Shown one piece after another: positions 21,076 to 30,405 of a stretch of DNA of 64,000 nt. Where the stretch lies: the NCBI GenBank assembly GCA_963803435.1, contig CAWDML010000007.1, positions 32,001 through 96,000 of the forward strand. Reading direction: 5' to 3'. The notes under the pieces are model-generated. The model worked only from the letters and a program-made list of their open reading frames with translations, made no database searches and was not told the DNA's origin. A program made the position numbers and the translations under genes. The stretch's first letter is position 1; every line of letters begins with the position of its first letter. This DNA is from an uncultured delta proteobacterium. Its GTDB lineage: Bacteria; Myxococcota; Kuafuiibacteriia; Kuafuiibacteriales; Kuafuiibacteriaceae.

Positions 21076-22842
21076 TCAGGTTTGGATCACGAGCGGCTTC
21101 ACCGGCTCGAAGCGCAGAGCGGATAGACTGAGCGGAACGCGGGCGATCTCCAGCTCCAGCTGGGGCGCGTGGTGCGCGCCGAGCAGGGAGTCGGAGGCCT
21201 CGAACACGCCGGCGCTCGGATGGAGGACCAGCTCCACCGCGCGCCGTTCGGCTTTCACGCCCAGGAGCTGCGCGAAGAGCTCCGAGCGCTCCGTCTGCGA
21301 CGGCGCGATCACCAGCGGCACGCCCAATGCGCGCGCCTTCTCGACGGCGTGCTCGACGATCGCTGCCCGGAGCTCGGCGCGACTCACCGTCGAACGCCCT
21401 GGGAGATCGTGGGGGAAGTCGGCCTGCAGCATCTCGAGATACAGCATCGGCCGGCCCTGGGGCGTGGGGAGGAGCCGGATCACGGATCGCGCCGCCGAGG
21501 GCCAGCCCTCCTCGTCGACCACGATCGCGCCGTTTCGTCCGTTGGCCAGGAGCGGTAACAGACACTGCGAGAGCATGTCGAAGCCGTGGCTGGGACCTCC
21601 GATCTTCGTGACCCACATGAGGCCCGCGCCCTGTTCGTCGCGCGTGGTGAGCTTGCGACCGCTGCGAGAGATGCGCTCCACGCTGAGCGGCCGTCGGTAC
21701 GCCTCGAGCTGCTCGGGGCTGAGACATTCGAGCTGACGCCGACTCGCCTCGTTCGTGAAGCGCCACTCCTCGAAGTCGCCCTCGACGACGTGCTGCGTGA
21801 TCACCTCGACCACGCGATGCGACATCTCGTCGAGCTGCCGGCCGCTGAAGCCCTTCATGGGGACGTGGCCTCGATGATCGAGACACAGCGTCGCGTCGGC
21901 GAGCGCGCGCAGCGGGATGAAGAGATCGTCGTCGAGCGCCTTCGACACCGCGGCTGCGTTCGGCTTCCAGCCCGCGCTGACCTGGGGCGGGATCCCGAGC
22001 TGCGCAATGAGCTCGGCGACCATGGTCTCCTCGAGCGCGGCGACCGGATCCGGCTTCTGGAGCGCGGCGGCGATCGCGTCACCGAGCTCGACCTTCGACT
22101 GCTCGCGGCGCGGTTGCGATCGCCGATCGAAGTCGGGCCGATAGGCACGCCGTCGGTACCCGTCGTGGGTCTCGGGATAGCTCGACCCGCGCAGGCCGAA
22201 GCCGTCCCAGCCGGTGCCGAGCTTCGCGTAGTCGAGCATCGTCAGCGCCGAGTCGGCAATCAGGACGAGGGAGCCGAGCGTTCGGTCGAGCGCGTCGCTC
22301 GCGGGAAGCCGAGCGATCCGGTCCGCCAGCTCCGGCCGCGAGAGGAGCGCGCTCAGGGCCGCCGCCGCCCGTGGGACGGTCGCCACATCGGCCCGGACCA
22401 ACGCCACGGGGAACAGGTCGGCGGCCCTCGGGGCCCGCTCGGGCAAAGCCCTCGCACCCGACTCCGCTCGCAGGGCCTCGCTGCGCGCTTCGCTTGCCCT
22501 CGGGGCCCGCTCGGGCAAAGCCCTCGCACCCGACTCCGCTCGCAGGGCCTCGCTGCGCGCTTCGCTTGCCCTCGGGGCCCGCTCGGGCAAAGCCCTCGCA
22601 CCCGACTCCGCTCGCAGGGCCTCGCTGCGCGCTTCGCTTGCCCTCGGGGCCCGCTCGGGCAAAGCCCTCGCACCCGACTCCGCTCGCAGGGCCTCGCTGC
22701 GCGCTTCGCTTGCCCTCGGGGCCCGCTCGGGCAAAGCCCTCGCACCCGACTCCGCTCGCAGGGCCTCGCTGCGCGCTTCGCTTGCCCTCGGGGCAGTTCC
22801 AAGAGATCCGCGCCGCGACCGCCCTTGTCGACGGTGCTCCAA
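21076..22842 (-). CDS. Hypothetical protein with a tandem-repeat insertion near its 5' end; start uncertain (TTG 22842, or ATG 22850 in another frame)
   Basis: Long ORF with natural composition downstream of the repeat; no recognised family. Confidence 0.6.
   Translation of the reverse strand: MEHRRQGRSRRGSLGTAPRASEARSEALRAESGARALPERAPRASEARSEALRAESGARALPERAPRASEARSEALRAESGARALPERAPRASEARSEALRAESGARALPERAPRASEARSEALRAESGARALPERAPRAADLFPVALVRADVATVPRAAAALSALLSRPELADRIARLPASDALDRTLGSLVLIADSALTMLDYAKLGTGWDGFGLRGSSYPETHDGYRRRAYRPDFDRRSQPRREQSKVELGDAIAAALQKPDPVAALEETMVAELIAQLGIPPQVSAGWKPNAAAVSKALDDDLFIPLRALADATLCLDHRGHVPMKGFSGRQLDEMSHRVVEVITQHVVEGDFEEWRFTNEASRRQLECLSPEQLEAYRRPLSVERISRSGRKLTTRDEQGAGLMWVTKIGGPSHGFDMLSQCLLPLLANGRNGAIVVDEEGWPSAARSVIRLLPTPQGRPMLYLEMLQADFPHDLPGRSTVSRAELRAAIVEHAVEKARALGVPLVIAPSQTERSELFAQLLGVKAERRAVELVLHPSAGVFEASDSLLGAHHAPQLELEIARVPLSLSALRFEPVKPLVIQT
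22424..22794. repeat. Five identical 72-bp tandem units plus an 11-bp partial unit
   Basis: Unit GCCCTCGGGGCCCGCTCGGGCAAAGCCCTCGCACCCGACTCCGCTCGCAGGGCCTCGCTGCGCGCTTCGCTT; no spacers. Confidence 0.97.
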
Positions 22843-22888
22843 GATAGCATCTCCCCCTACATATCGGGCGGTCGGGACGCGAAGTTGC

Positions 22889-23461
22889 TCAGGCCCGATT
22901 CCGGTACAGCCGGGCGTCGATGCGGTCCTTGGCCCGCTCGGGGTGGAAGCCGGGTCCGAGGAGGGCCGCGATCTTCTCGAGCTCGGCGGCCGGATCCGCC
23001 AGAACCCGGCCGTAGTTGACGTAGCGGACGCTGAGCTCGGACCGGCAATCGAGCCCCTCCATGACCTCCTCGAGGTGCGCGAAGAACATCGCCTTCATCT
23101 CGGCGTCGGAGGTGGTGTCGTACTCGCCGCGCCGCTCGAGCATCTTCCGCTGCGAGGCCAGGATCTCGTCGATGCTCCGGCGCATGAACAGCACCTGGTA
23201 GCGCCGGTCGGCCGGGAGGTGAAGCAACAGACGCGAGATGATCTTGACCGCCTTGCCCTCGCAGCCGGCGAGCCAGGACTGATCGTGCTCGAGCCTCTTC
23301 ACCTGCTCCAGCTCGAAGTACCCGCGCGGATTGTCCTCGTCGGCGCTGCGCTCACCGTCGGTGACGAGCGGAATTCCGCCCGCCTCCAGCATGGACATCA
23401 TCATGGATGTGCCGGAGCGCGGGAGGCCGGAGACGACGATGATCGCGTCGGCGGCCGGCAC
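22889..23461 (-). CDS. Sulfotransferase-family protein
   Basis: 5'-PSB-like loop VSGLPRSGTSMMM, NPRGYFE, FMRR...ILASQ. Confidence 0.85.
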   Translation of the reverse strand: MPAADAIIVVSGLPRSGTSMMMSMLEAGGIPLVTDGERSADEDNPRGYFELEQVKRLEHDQSWLAGCEGKAVKIISRLLLHLPADRRYQVLFMRRSIDEILASQRKMLERRGEYDTTSDAEMKAMFFAHLEEVMEGLDCRSELSVRYVNYGRVLADPAAELEKIAALLGPGFHPERAKDRIDARLYRNRA

Positions 23462-23778
23462 TATTCGATGTACCCCAGCCCGCGGAGACGCTCCTCGAGC
23501 TTGTTGGGATCGTGCTCGTTCTCCTCGTAGGCTCGCAGGCCGCGAAGGAGCAAGTGCTCGATCACCTCCTCGCGCGAGGAATAGCCGCGCTCCTCCACGA
23601 TCTGATCCAGCTGGGCGTCGACCTTCCGCGTCCGATCGACGAAGGCGAACTGCTCGACGCCCTTGTCGATGAAGAAGTCGGCGAGCTTCTCCGCACTGTC
23701 GAACTGGTGGCGCTCGGCGACACCCTGGAGGCGCGGAATGAGCTCCTTGGGAATCTTGATCTTTTTCTTGAACATCAC
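23461..23778 (-). CDS. Small hypothetical protein
   Basis: In operon; GYSSREE; C-terminal RLRGLGYIE. Confidence 0.7.
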   Translation of the reverse strand: MMFKKKIKIPKELIPRLQGVAERHQFDSAEKLADFFIDKGVEQFAFVDRTRKVDAQLDQIVEERGYSSREEVIEHLLLRGLRAYEENEHDPNKLEERLRGLGYIE

Positions 23779-23788
23779 GCCTCCTCCT

Positions 23789-25906
23789 TCACGGGCCCGA
23801 GACCAGGCTCACTCCGTCCATGTATCGCGGCGCCGGCACCCCGAAGAGATCGAGCAGCGTCGGCGCCAGATCCGAGATGGCCGGCTTCGAGCGGGGCTCG
23901 AAGGCCCGGTTGGCGAACATGACCCCGGGGACCAGCGACGGGTCGATGCAGTGATCACCGCTCCAGGACTTCTCATTGTCGTCGAAGACCACGCCGCCAG
24001 CGATCCCGCGCGCTCCGTCCCAGGAGTGACGCCAGCCCTCGGCGTAGCCGACGATCAGATCGGGCGCGTCTTCGGCGTAGGGCCCGTCGAAGATCGTGTG
24101 CGAGGCGTAGCAACGCTTGATGGCGACCCCGCCCACGCCCGGATCGACCAGCCCGGTGAGCTCGGCCGCCAGCCGATCCGCGAGCCGCTTCGCGTCCTGG
24201 GGCCGCACGATCCCCTTGGCCTCTCGCCCGCGCACGTTGAGGAAGATGCCCCCCAGCCCGATCGCGTAGGCGCGCGTCTTCGACCAGTCGACGCCCCGCA
24301 GCCACTCACCCGAGATCGACCTGCCCTCCTCGAGCACCAGGTAGCCGTTCTCCATCAGCCAGCTGTTGAGGTTCACCCCCCGCCGGAAGGTCTTGAATCC
24401 GTGGTCGGAGATGACCATCACCAGGTTGCGCGGGTCCTCGGGGTTCACCTTCTCGAGCACCTTGCCGATCATCGCGTCCAGCTTCGCGTAGGTGTCCTCG
24501 ATGACGGACGCCCAACGGGCATGGTCGGGAGAGAAGCGCCGCGCCGGGTGTCCGTCGTCGAGATAGCGCATGAACATGTGCTGGATCCGATCGCTACCGT
24601 CGAAGACGCAGGTCAGGAGGCCGCGCGGCGTTCGATCGAGCATCTCGAAGAACATCGCCTCGCGCTCCGCATGAAAGGCCCACGCCTGCTCGAGGAACGC
24701 CTGTTCGTCGAGCACGCGCTCGTTGAGCGCCCAGGTGTCCTCGGCCAGCCCCAGCGTGCCGAAGCGCCCGAGCAGCTTGGCGAGGAAGACCGAGAAGATC
24801 AGCGGATGCGAGATCGGAAGGACCGGCTTCGAGGGATCGATGTTGATCGGGCTCATGTAGAGCTTGAGCTCCGGCTCCAGCGACATCAGGCGGAAGCGAC
24901 AGATTCCGCGCAGCTTGAGCCCCAGGCCCATCTTGAAGGCGACCGAGACCCAGTCGCTGTACTGGCCGATCCCGATCCGGACCTTCTCGCCCTCGAGACG
25001 GAGCTCGACCGTCCGGTTCGCCCGATCCACCTCGATCTCGAGGGGAGCGTCGAGCCGCGACTCATCGGCGCGCAGGGGATTGGCAGGACCTGGGATGGCA
25101 GTGCGAGCCACCCCACCCTCGAGCTCGATGGTCACGCACTGACCGCCGATCGACTCGCCGTCGATCGCGGCGGTCGTGAAGTACGTGAACGTTCCTTGCG
25201 AACCCTGCAGATCGGGCACGCACATCGCCGAGAGCAACGTGCCGTCGAACTTTTGCGGCGGGAACGTGATCGGGACACGCAGGATCGAGCACGGCACCCG
25301 GTACTTGCCGAGGAGGTTCCAGAAGGGCGTGCTCTTTCGGTTCAAACGGATGCGCGGCTTGCCGAGCGGGACTCGCCACTTGCCGAGATCGAGATGGCGC
25401 GCCGGCGGGAGGACCTCGGCCGACGAGAGATCCGGGAGGTAGCTCTTCGGATCGCGCGTGAGGAAGTCGAAGATGCCGTGCTTCGAAGGGTTGACTCCGG
25501 TGGCGAAGGTGCTCCAGGCCACCGGCGACATCGCCGGATAGGTGGTCTCGAGCTTGGAGAACATGCCCATGGAGGCGAGGCGTGCGAGGTTGGGCAGGCG
25601 GCCGCGATCCATGAAGCGGCGCGCCAGATCGGGATCGAAGCCATCCAGGCCGACGACCACCGCGCGCTCGATCTGCGGCGGACGGGGGGGCCGCTGGCCG
25701 GTGAGGAGGCGATAGAGCTGCCGGATCGGGTAGAGAAACAGCGCGGACGCCGCGATCACCATGCTGACGAAGAGGCCGCCGATGGTGGTCAGGAACGCGA
25801 TCCCGGCGCCCGGGCCGACGTAGGCATCGGCTTCACCCGGCCACGCGATCGAGAGCAGCACCACCGCTGCCGAAGCGGCGGTCCACAACCGCAAGCTCTT
25901 TCGCAT
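23789..25906 (-). CDS. Alkaline-phosphatase-superfamily (nucleotide pyrophosphatase/phosphodiesterase type) membrane-anchored protein
   Basis: ADAYVGPGAG plus TM helix; VVGLDGFD, PAMSPVAWSTFATG, DRIQH, ISDHGF, SGDH, DLAPTLL. Confidence 0.88.
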   Translation of the reverse strand: MRKSLRLWTAASAAVVLLSIAWPGEADAYVGPGAGIAFLTTIGGLFVSMVIAASALFLYPIRQLYRLLTGQRPPRPPQIERAVVVGLDGFDPDLARRFMDRGRLPNLARLASMGMFSKLETTYPAMSPVAWSTFATGVNPSKHGIFDFLTRDPKSYLPDLSSAEVLPPARHLDLGKWRVPLGKPRIRLNRKSTPFWNLLGKYRVPCSILRVPITFPPQKFDGTLLSAMCVPDLQGSQGTFTYFTTAAIDGESIGGQCVTIELEGGVARTAIPGPANPLRADESRLDAPLEIEVDRANRTVELRLEGEKVRIGIGQYSDWVSVAFKMGLGLKLRGICRFRLMSLEPELKLYMSPINIDPSKPVLPISHPLIFSVFLAKLLGRFGTLGLAEDTWALNERVLDEQAFLEQAWAFHAEREAMFFEMLDRTPRGLLTCVFDGSDRIQHMFMRYLDDGHPARRFSPDHARWASVIEDTYAKLDAMIGKVLEKVNPEDPRNLVMVISDHGFKTFRRGVNLNSWLMENGYLVLEEGRSISGEWLRGVDWSKTRAYAIGLGGIFLNVRGREAKGIVRPQDAKRLADRLAAELTGLVDPGVGGVAIKRCYASHTIFDGPYAEDAPDLIVGYAEGWRHSWDGARGIAGGVVFDDNEKSWSGDHCIDPSLVPGVMFANRAFEPRSKPAISDLAPTLLDLFGVPAPRYMDGVSLVSGP

Positions 25907-25937
25907 GGCCGCACCGTACCGAACTTGGGCTCGAGGG

Positions 25938-26828
25938 TCACGCCTGGGACGGTGGGGTCTTCCATCGGTCGTGAAACCACACCCACTCCGCGGGCTGCGC
26001 GCGGATCGCCGCCTCGATCTCGCGCGTGAACAGCGCGGTGGCCTCGACCTCGTCCATGTCGTCCAGCGCGAGCCGCGTGAGCCGGATGCGATGTCCGCCC
26101 GCCGGCTTGCGAGTGATGAACCCTGCGATCACCGGCGCTCGCCTCTTCAGCGCCAGCTGGGCCGCGGCGATCGGGGTCGCCGCCGGTCGGCCGAAGAACG
26201 GAACGTGCACCGACTGCACGCGCGTGTCCTGATCGACCAGGACCCCGAGCAGCGCGCCGCGCTTGAGCGCACCGAGGATCTTACGCGCGGCTCTCGGCTC
26301 TCCGCGATTGATCGTCTCGAGGGCCCCCGCTCGGCGCTGCTCGACCAGCCAGCGCCCGATGAAGGGGTTCGGGGCGTCCCGTGCGACGGTCGCGCCGTCG
26401 AAGCCGGATCGCAGGATACGTTGCGCCAGGAGCTCCCAGTTCCCGACATGCCCGGTGACGAACACCACCCCGCGACCCTCGGCATACGCGCTCTTCAGCA
26501 CCTCGAGGTCGGGCTCGGGCAGCTCCACGTAGGACTCGAAGCGCCGGCGGATCCGCGGCAGCATCGCGACCTCGACGGCCACCATCCCGATGCTCGCGTA
26601 CGCCGCCCGCGCCAGGCGGCGCGCCGCCTCCTCCTCGAGCCCGAGCGATGCGGCCGCCTGCGCGATCGCCCGCCGTCGGCCGGGGGCATCGACGAAAAAC
26701 GCGATCCGGCCGGTGATCCGCCCCAGCCAGAGCGCCAGCGGCATCGGCAGCACCAGGAGCACCGCGCCCAGCGACCGCGCCAACGCATACACCAGCCAGC
26801 GTTTGGCCCGCTTGTACCGGCGGCGCAT
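25938..26828 (-). CDS. Lipid A late acyltransferase (LpxL/HtrB family)
   Basis: TGHVGNWE, LVDQD, VPFFG, PAEWVWFHDRWK. Confidence 0.9.
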   Translation of the reverse strand: MRRRYKRAKRWLVYALARSLGAVLLVLPMPLALWLGRITGRIAFFVDAPGRRRAIAQAAASLGLEEEAARRLARAAYASIGMVAVEVAMLPRIRRRFESYVELPEPDLEVLKSAYAEGRGVVFVTGHVGNWELLAQRILRSGFDGATVARDAPNPFIGRWLVEQRRAGALETINRGEPRAARKILGALKRGALLGVLVDQDTRVQSVHVPFFGRPAATPIAAAQLALKRRAPVIAGFITRKPAGGHRIRLTRLALDDMDEVEATALFTREIEAAIRAQPAEWVWFHDRWKTPPSQA

Positions 26829-26976
26829 CGAGCCCGAACGCTAGCACGGCGTCGGACCTGCAGCCGGCGCACTTCGGAAGGGCAGCTCCTGCAAGTCCCT
26901 CGACGCGCGGTGGGACGGCGCCGGCCCGCGCCAGGGTCTGAAGGTGGCGTGCGGCCTGCATCTATTTCGGAGCCGA

Positions 26977-28458
26977 ATGAGCAACGTCACCCTCTCGCGC
27001 GACGACTTCACGCATCTCAGCCGAAACGGCGGATACATCGACATCGATCACATGCCGAGGTCGCTCCGGGACACGTTCCACGACAACGGCATCACGGACG
27101 ACGAGCTCCGCGGTATTGCCGGGCAGGATCACGTCATTCGCGGCGAGGCGGAGTTCCGGCAGCTCTTCTCGCGGATCGATCGGCTCGACGGCGATCGTGA
27201 TCCCGCGCGCCTCACGATCGAGACTGGCGGCACCCGGACAGCCAGCGGGCGCGTGTTCGAGGCCGTGCGCAGCGACGTGGAGACGAACCGCGCCCGCGCC
27301 GCGCGCGAGGGCGGCGCGCGCTTCGCGGGGAACGCGGAGCTCGGCAACGTCGCCGACGGGCGCGCGACGCTCCAGGAGGGCTCCCGCGGCGACGGCGTGC
27401 GCTTGACCCAGCAGGCCCTGATCGACATCGGTGCGCTCCCCGAGGATCACGGCGTCACGGGCGTCTACGACGCGGCCACGGCCTCCGCAGTGCGCAGGTT
27501 CCAGCGCGACGCAGGGCTCTCGATCGACGGCCAGATCGGCGCCGACACCTACTCGGCGCTGGTCTCGAGCGCCCCGCCGCCCGGCCAGAAGATCGAGCGC
27601 TCGGCGGAGTACGATCGCCTCTACGCCGACGGCCGACTCGACGTGACGATGGCGGTCGGCTTCGACGAGGACGGCGCCAACGCCGGCACCGAGCGCTCGA
27701 TCCTGAGCGGCCTGCGCGCGCAGGGATACACGGTCCTCGATCCGAGCAGGATGAGCGCCGACGACCGGACGCGCTACGGCCTCACCGCCGATCGGTACGA
27801 TCCGAACGCGCGCTACTTCGCGCGCACCTTCCAGGATCCGCAGACGCACCGGGACGTCACCGCCGTGGTCCGACTGATCACGCCCGGGACGGACGGCGCG
27901 CGCGCGCGGGCCAGCTTCGAGCAGGCGCTCAGGCAGGACGAGGTCGTCATGTACAACGGCCACGCGCGCTACGGGACTGGTCCGGACTTCGACGCCAAGA
28001 CGAGCGGGGCCGGCAACTTCGTCATCGACGAGCACGGCAACCGCTCGCACGAACGACCGCCCGCGGGGCTGCGCGACTCGATCCGCGGACGCGGCACCGA
28101 CCTGACCACGCTGAGGCAGCGGCCGGACTATCAGCTGCTGGTCTTCGACGCCTGCAGCAGCGAGGAGTACCTCCACAACCTGCGGAACCCGAGCACCTTC
28201 CAGCGTTCGATGACCGACACGGACATCATCACCACCCAGACCCAGCCGAGATACATGTGGACCGGCCAGCCGGCGCTTCGCTTCCTCTCCGGACTCACCG
28301 GGCGGGAGTCGAACAACGCGATGTTCCGCGATCAGGCGACGATGGAGCAGGCCTACCTGCGGAGCCACGGTCTCGACTCCGAGGCGGACGCAGCCGGCCA
28401 CACGTTCGTCGACAGCGGATTCCTGGGGAACGCAGCGAACCGGACCCGGACGCGCTGA
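26977..28458 (+). CDS. Peptidoglycan-binding domain protein with C-terminal caspase/gingipain-like domain
   Basis: LQEGSRGDGVRLTQQAL...GVYDAATASAVRRFQRDAGLSIDGQIGADT (PG_binding_1); VVMYNGHARYG and LLVFDACSS. Confidence 0.75.
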   Translation: MSNVTLSRDDFTHLSRNGGYIDIDHMPRSLRDTFHDNGITDDELRGIAGQDHVIRGEAEFRQLFSRIDRLDGDRDPARLTIETGGTRTASGRVFEAVRSDVETNRARAAREGGARFAGNAELGNVADGRATLQEGSRGDGVRLTQQALIDIGALPEDHGVTGVYDAATASAVRRFQRDAGLSIDGQIGADTYSALVSSAPPPGQKIERSAEYDRLYADGRLDVTMAVGFDEDGANAGTERSILSGLRAQGYTVLDPSRMSADDRTRYGLTADRYDPNARYFARTFQDPQTHRDVTAVVRLITPGTDGARARASFEQALRQDEVVMYNGHARYGTGPDFDAKTSGAGNFVIDEHGNRSHERPPAGLRDSIRGRGTDLTTLRQRPDYQLLVFDACSSEEYLHNLRNPSTFQRSMTDTDIITTQTQPRYMWTGQPALRFLSGLTGRESNNAMFRDQATMEQAYLRSHGLDSEADAAGHTFVDSGFLGNAANRTRTR

Positions 28459-28468
28459 GGGAGAGAAC

Positions 28469-29041
28469 ATGAGCTTCGAGAGACAGATGCGCATCATCCT
28501 CGACGACGACGCGAGCGAAGCAGAGCGGATCGCCGCGGTGGAGGTGCTCCGCGCCACCAAGCCGGTGGCAGCGGTGCTCCCGCTGGCGCTCCAGCTCCCG
28601 CGCGTCGAGGACCAGCTGAAGGCGGCCATCCGCGAGGCGCTCATCGAGATGGACGGCCCCGCGACGATCGCGATGGACCTCGAGTCCGACGACGACGACG
28701 TCCGGATCCGCGCCGCCGAGAGCCTGGCGCTGATCCCCGCGCCCTCCGGGGTGGCTCCGCTCCTCCGCGCGCTCGCGGATCCGGTGGCTCGCGTGCGCGA
28801 GCTGGCGGCGTCGGCGCTCGGCCTCTATGCGGATCGAAGCGCGGTAGCACCGCTCTGTACGCTGCTCGCCTCCGATCCCGATCCCGACGTCCGCTCCGCT
28901 GCGGCCCAGTCGCTCGGGCACCTCTCCGGCGGGGTCGCGCTGGAGGCCCTCGAGATGGCGTACGACCGGGATCCCGACGACTTCGCACGCATCCTGATCG
29001 GCGAGGCCCTCACCCGCATCCGCGAGTCGGTCACCGCTTGA
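28469..29041 (+). CDS. HEAT-repeat protein
   Basis: Repeats DDDVRIRAAESLA, DPVARVRELAASALG, DPDVRSAAAQSLG. Confidence 0.88.
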   Translation: MSFERQMRIILDDDASEAERIAAVEVLRATKPVAAVLPLALQLPRVEDQLKAAIREALIEMDGPATIAMDLESDDDDVRIRAAESLALIPAPSGVAPLLRALADPVARVRELAASALGLYADRSAVAPLCTLLASDPDPDVRSAAAQSLGHLSGGVALEALEMAYDRDPDDFARILIGEALTRIRESVTA

Positions 29042-29072
29042 CGTCTCGGACCCCGTCCGCGAGGAGTGCGGG

Positions 29073-29276
29073 ATGAGCGAGTCCGACGAGCGCATGACGG
29101 AGCTCGAGCTCCGCTACCTCCACCAGCAGGAGCTCCTCGAGCAGCTGAACGACGAGCTGGTGAAGGCCAACCGGACGATCGAGATCCTGGAGAAGCGCGT
29201 GGTTCGGCTCGAGTCCACCGTCGAGGGCCTCGCGTCCGCGAGCACGCCGGGCAACGAGAAGCCTCCGCACTATTGA
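29073..29276 (+). CDS. slyX: SlyX family protein
   Basis: RMTELELRYLHQQELLEQLNDEL; C-terminal EKPPHY. Confidence 0.9.
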   Translation: MSESDERMTELELRYLHQQELLEQLNDELVKANRTIEILEKRVVRLESTVEGLASASTPGNEKPPHY

Positions 29277-29279
29277 GCG

Positions 29280-30401
29280 CTACTCGCTCGCCTCCTCGTA
29301 CGCTTCGGCGGGCTCCTCGGCCTCGCCCCAGTAACAGAACTCGAACTTGAGATACCGCGGGTTCACCTTCCCCCGCGCCGCCAGCTTCTCCACGCGGTAC
29401 AGCGCCAGATCCTGCAGGCGGCGCAGCTTGATCTCGTCGAGCTCGTCGACCTCGTTGAGGCGGTAGACGTAGTTGCGCAACAGGCGGCCGTGCGACTTGG
29501 GGATCCGCTGCGCCAGCTGCTGCACGAACGCCGGCCGCTCGGCGCGAACCGCCTTGGCCAGCCGGAACAGGCCTGCCTTCTGGAGGATCTCCTTGGTGAA
29601 CCGCTCCTTCGCCTCGCCCAGCTCGACGCCGCGAGCCTCGTCGAGCTTGAGACCGATCAACATCTTCGACAGGAAGTCGTTGGCGTCGTTGATGTCCATG
29701 GCATCGCGCTCTTCTGTCTCCTTGACCGCGCCGATCAGCTCCTCGGCCGCCTGCCGGCCCAGCTTGGTGCAGAGCTCCGCCAGCTTGCGGCGCCCCACCG
29801 TGAGGAACGCCGAGGCCAGCTCCTCGATGCCGAGCGCGCGGACCAGCTGCACCAGCTCCCGTGCGTCGAGGAGCGCGATGTCCTTGAAGTAGAAGTTGGT
29901 GGGCTCGCTGGGCGGAGCGAGCATCGTGACGAACTTCGCCTCGAACTTCTGCCGGATCACCCGCATGATCTCGAGCTTCGTGCCGGCGAGGTCCTCCTTG
30001 GCAGGCACCTTCGCGCGCACCGCCGGCGGCAAGCTCTGCAGGATCCGACTCCGAGCGGTCTGGTTGAGCTGCGCCAGGATGATCCCGATCGTGAGGGGCT
30101 GCTCACCCTTGATACCCGAGAGCAACCAGGTGGGATCGATCGCCTCCAGCCCCGCGATCCCGGCGAACTGGATCTGCCGGCGCATCTCTCCGACGATCAC
30201 CGCGGCCCGCCGGTGCCCCTCGATCTGGAGGATCTGCTCGGCCTTCTCCTGCAACAGATACGCGTCGTCGTCGGCAAGGAGCTCGAGGATCTGGAGATCG
30301 TCCGCGCCACCCTGCGTGAAGATGGTGGTGAGGAGCATCGTCTGCCGCGGGGACAGCGGATAGAAGATGTTCGCGTAGGGTCCCGCCTTCGGAGAGACCA
30401 C
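29280..30401 (-). CDS. FliG-like (SctK-position) protein
   Basis: GEQPLTIGIILAQL resembles the FliG-M EHPQ motif; all-helical; directly downstream of sctJ. Confidence 0.6.
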   Translation of the reverse strand: MVSPKAGPYANIFYPLSPRQTMLLTTIFTQGGADDLQILELLADDDAYLLQEKAEQILQIEGHRRAAVIVGEMRRQIQFAGIAGLEAIDPTWLLSGIKGEQPLTIGIILAQLNQTARSRILQSLPPAVRAKVPAKEDLAGTKLEIMRVIRQKFEAKFVTMLAPPSEPTNFYFKDIALLDARELVQLVRALGIEELASAFLTVGRRKLAELCTKLGRQAAEELIGAVKETEERDAMDINDANDFLSKMLIGLKLDEARGVELGEAKERFTKEILQKAGLFRLAKAVRAERPAFVQQLAQRIPKSHGRLLRNYVYRLNEVDELDEIKLRRLQDLALYRVEKLAARGKVNPRYLKFEFCYWGEAEEPAEAYEEASE

Positions 30402-30405
30402 TCAG

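Noticed and set aside
22424-22794. CRISPR array
   Set aside because: Units are identical end to end with no unique spacers, and no cas genes are present
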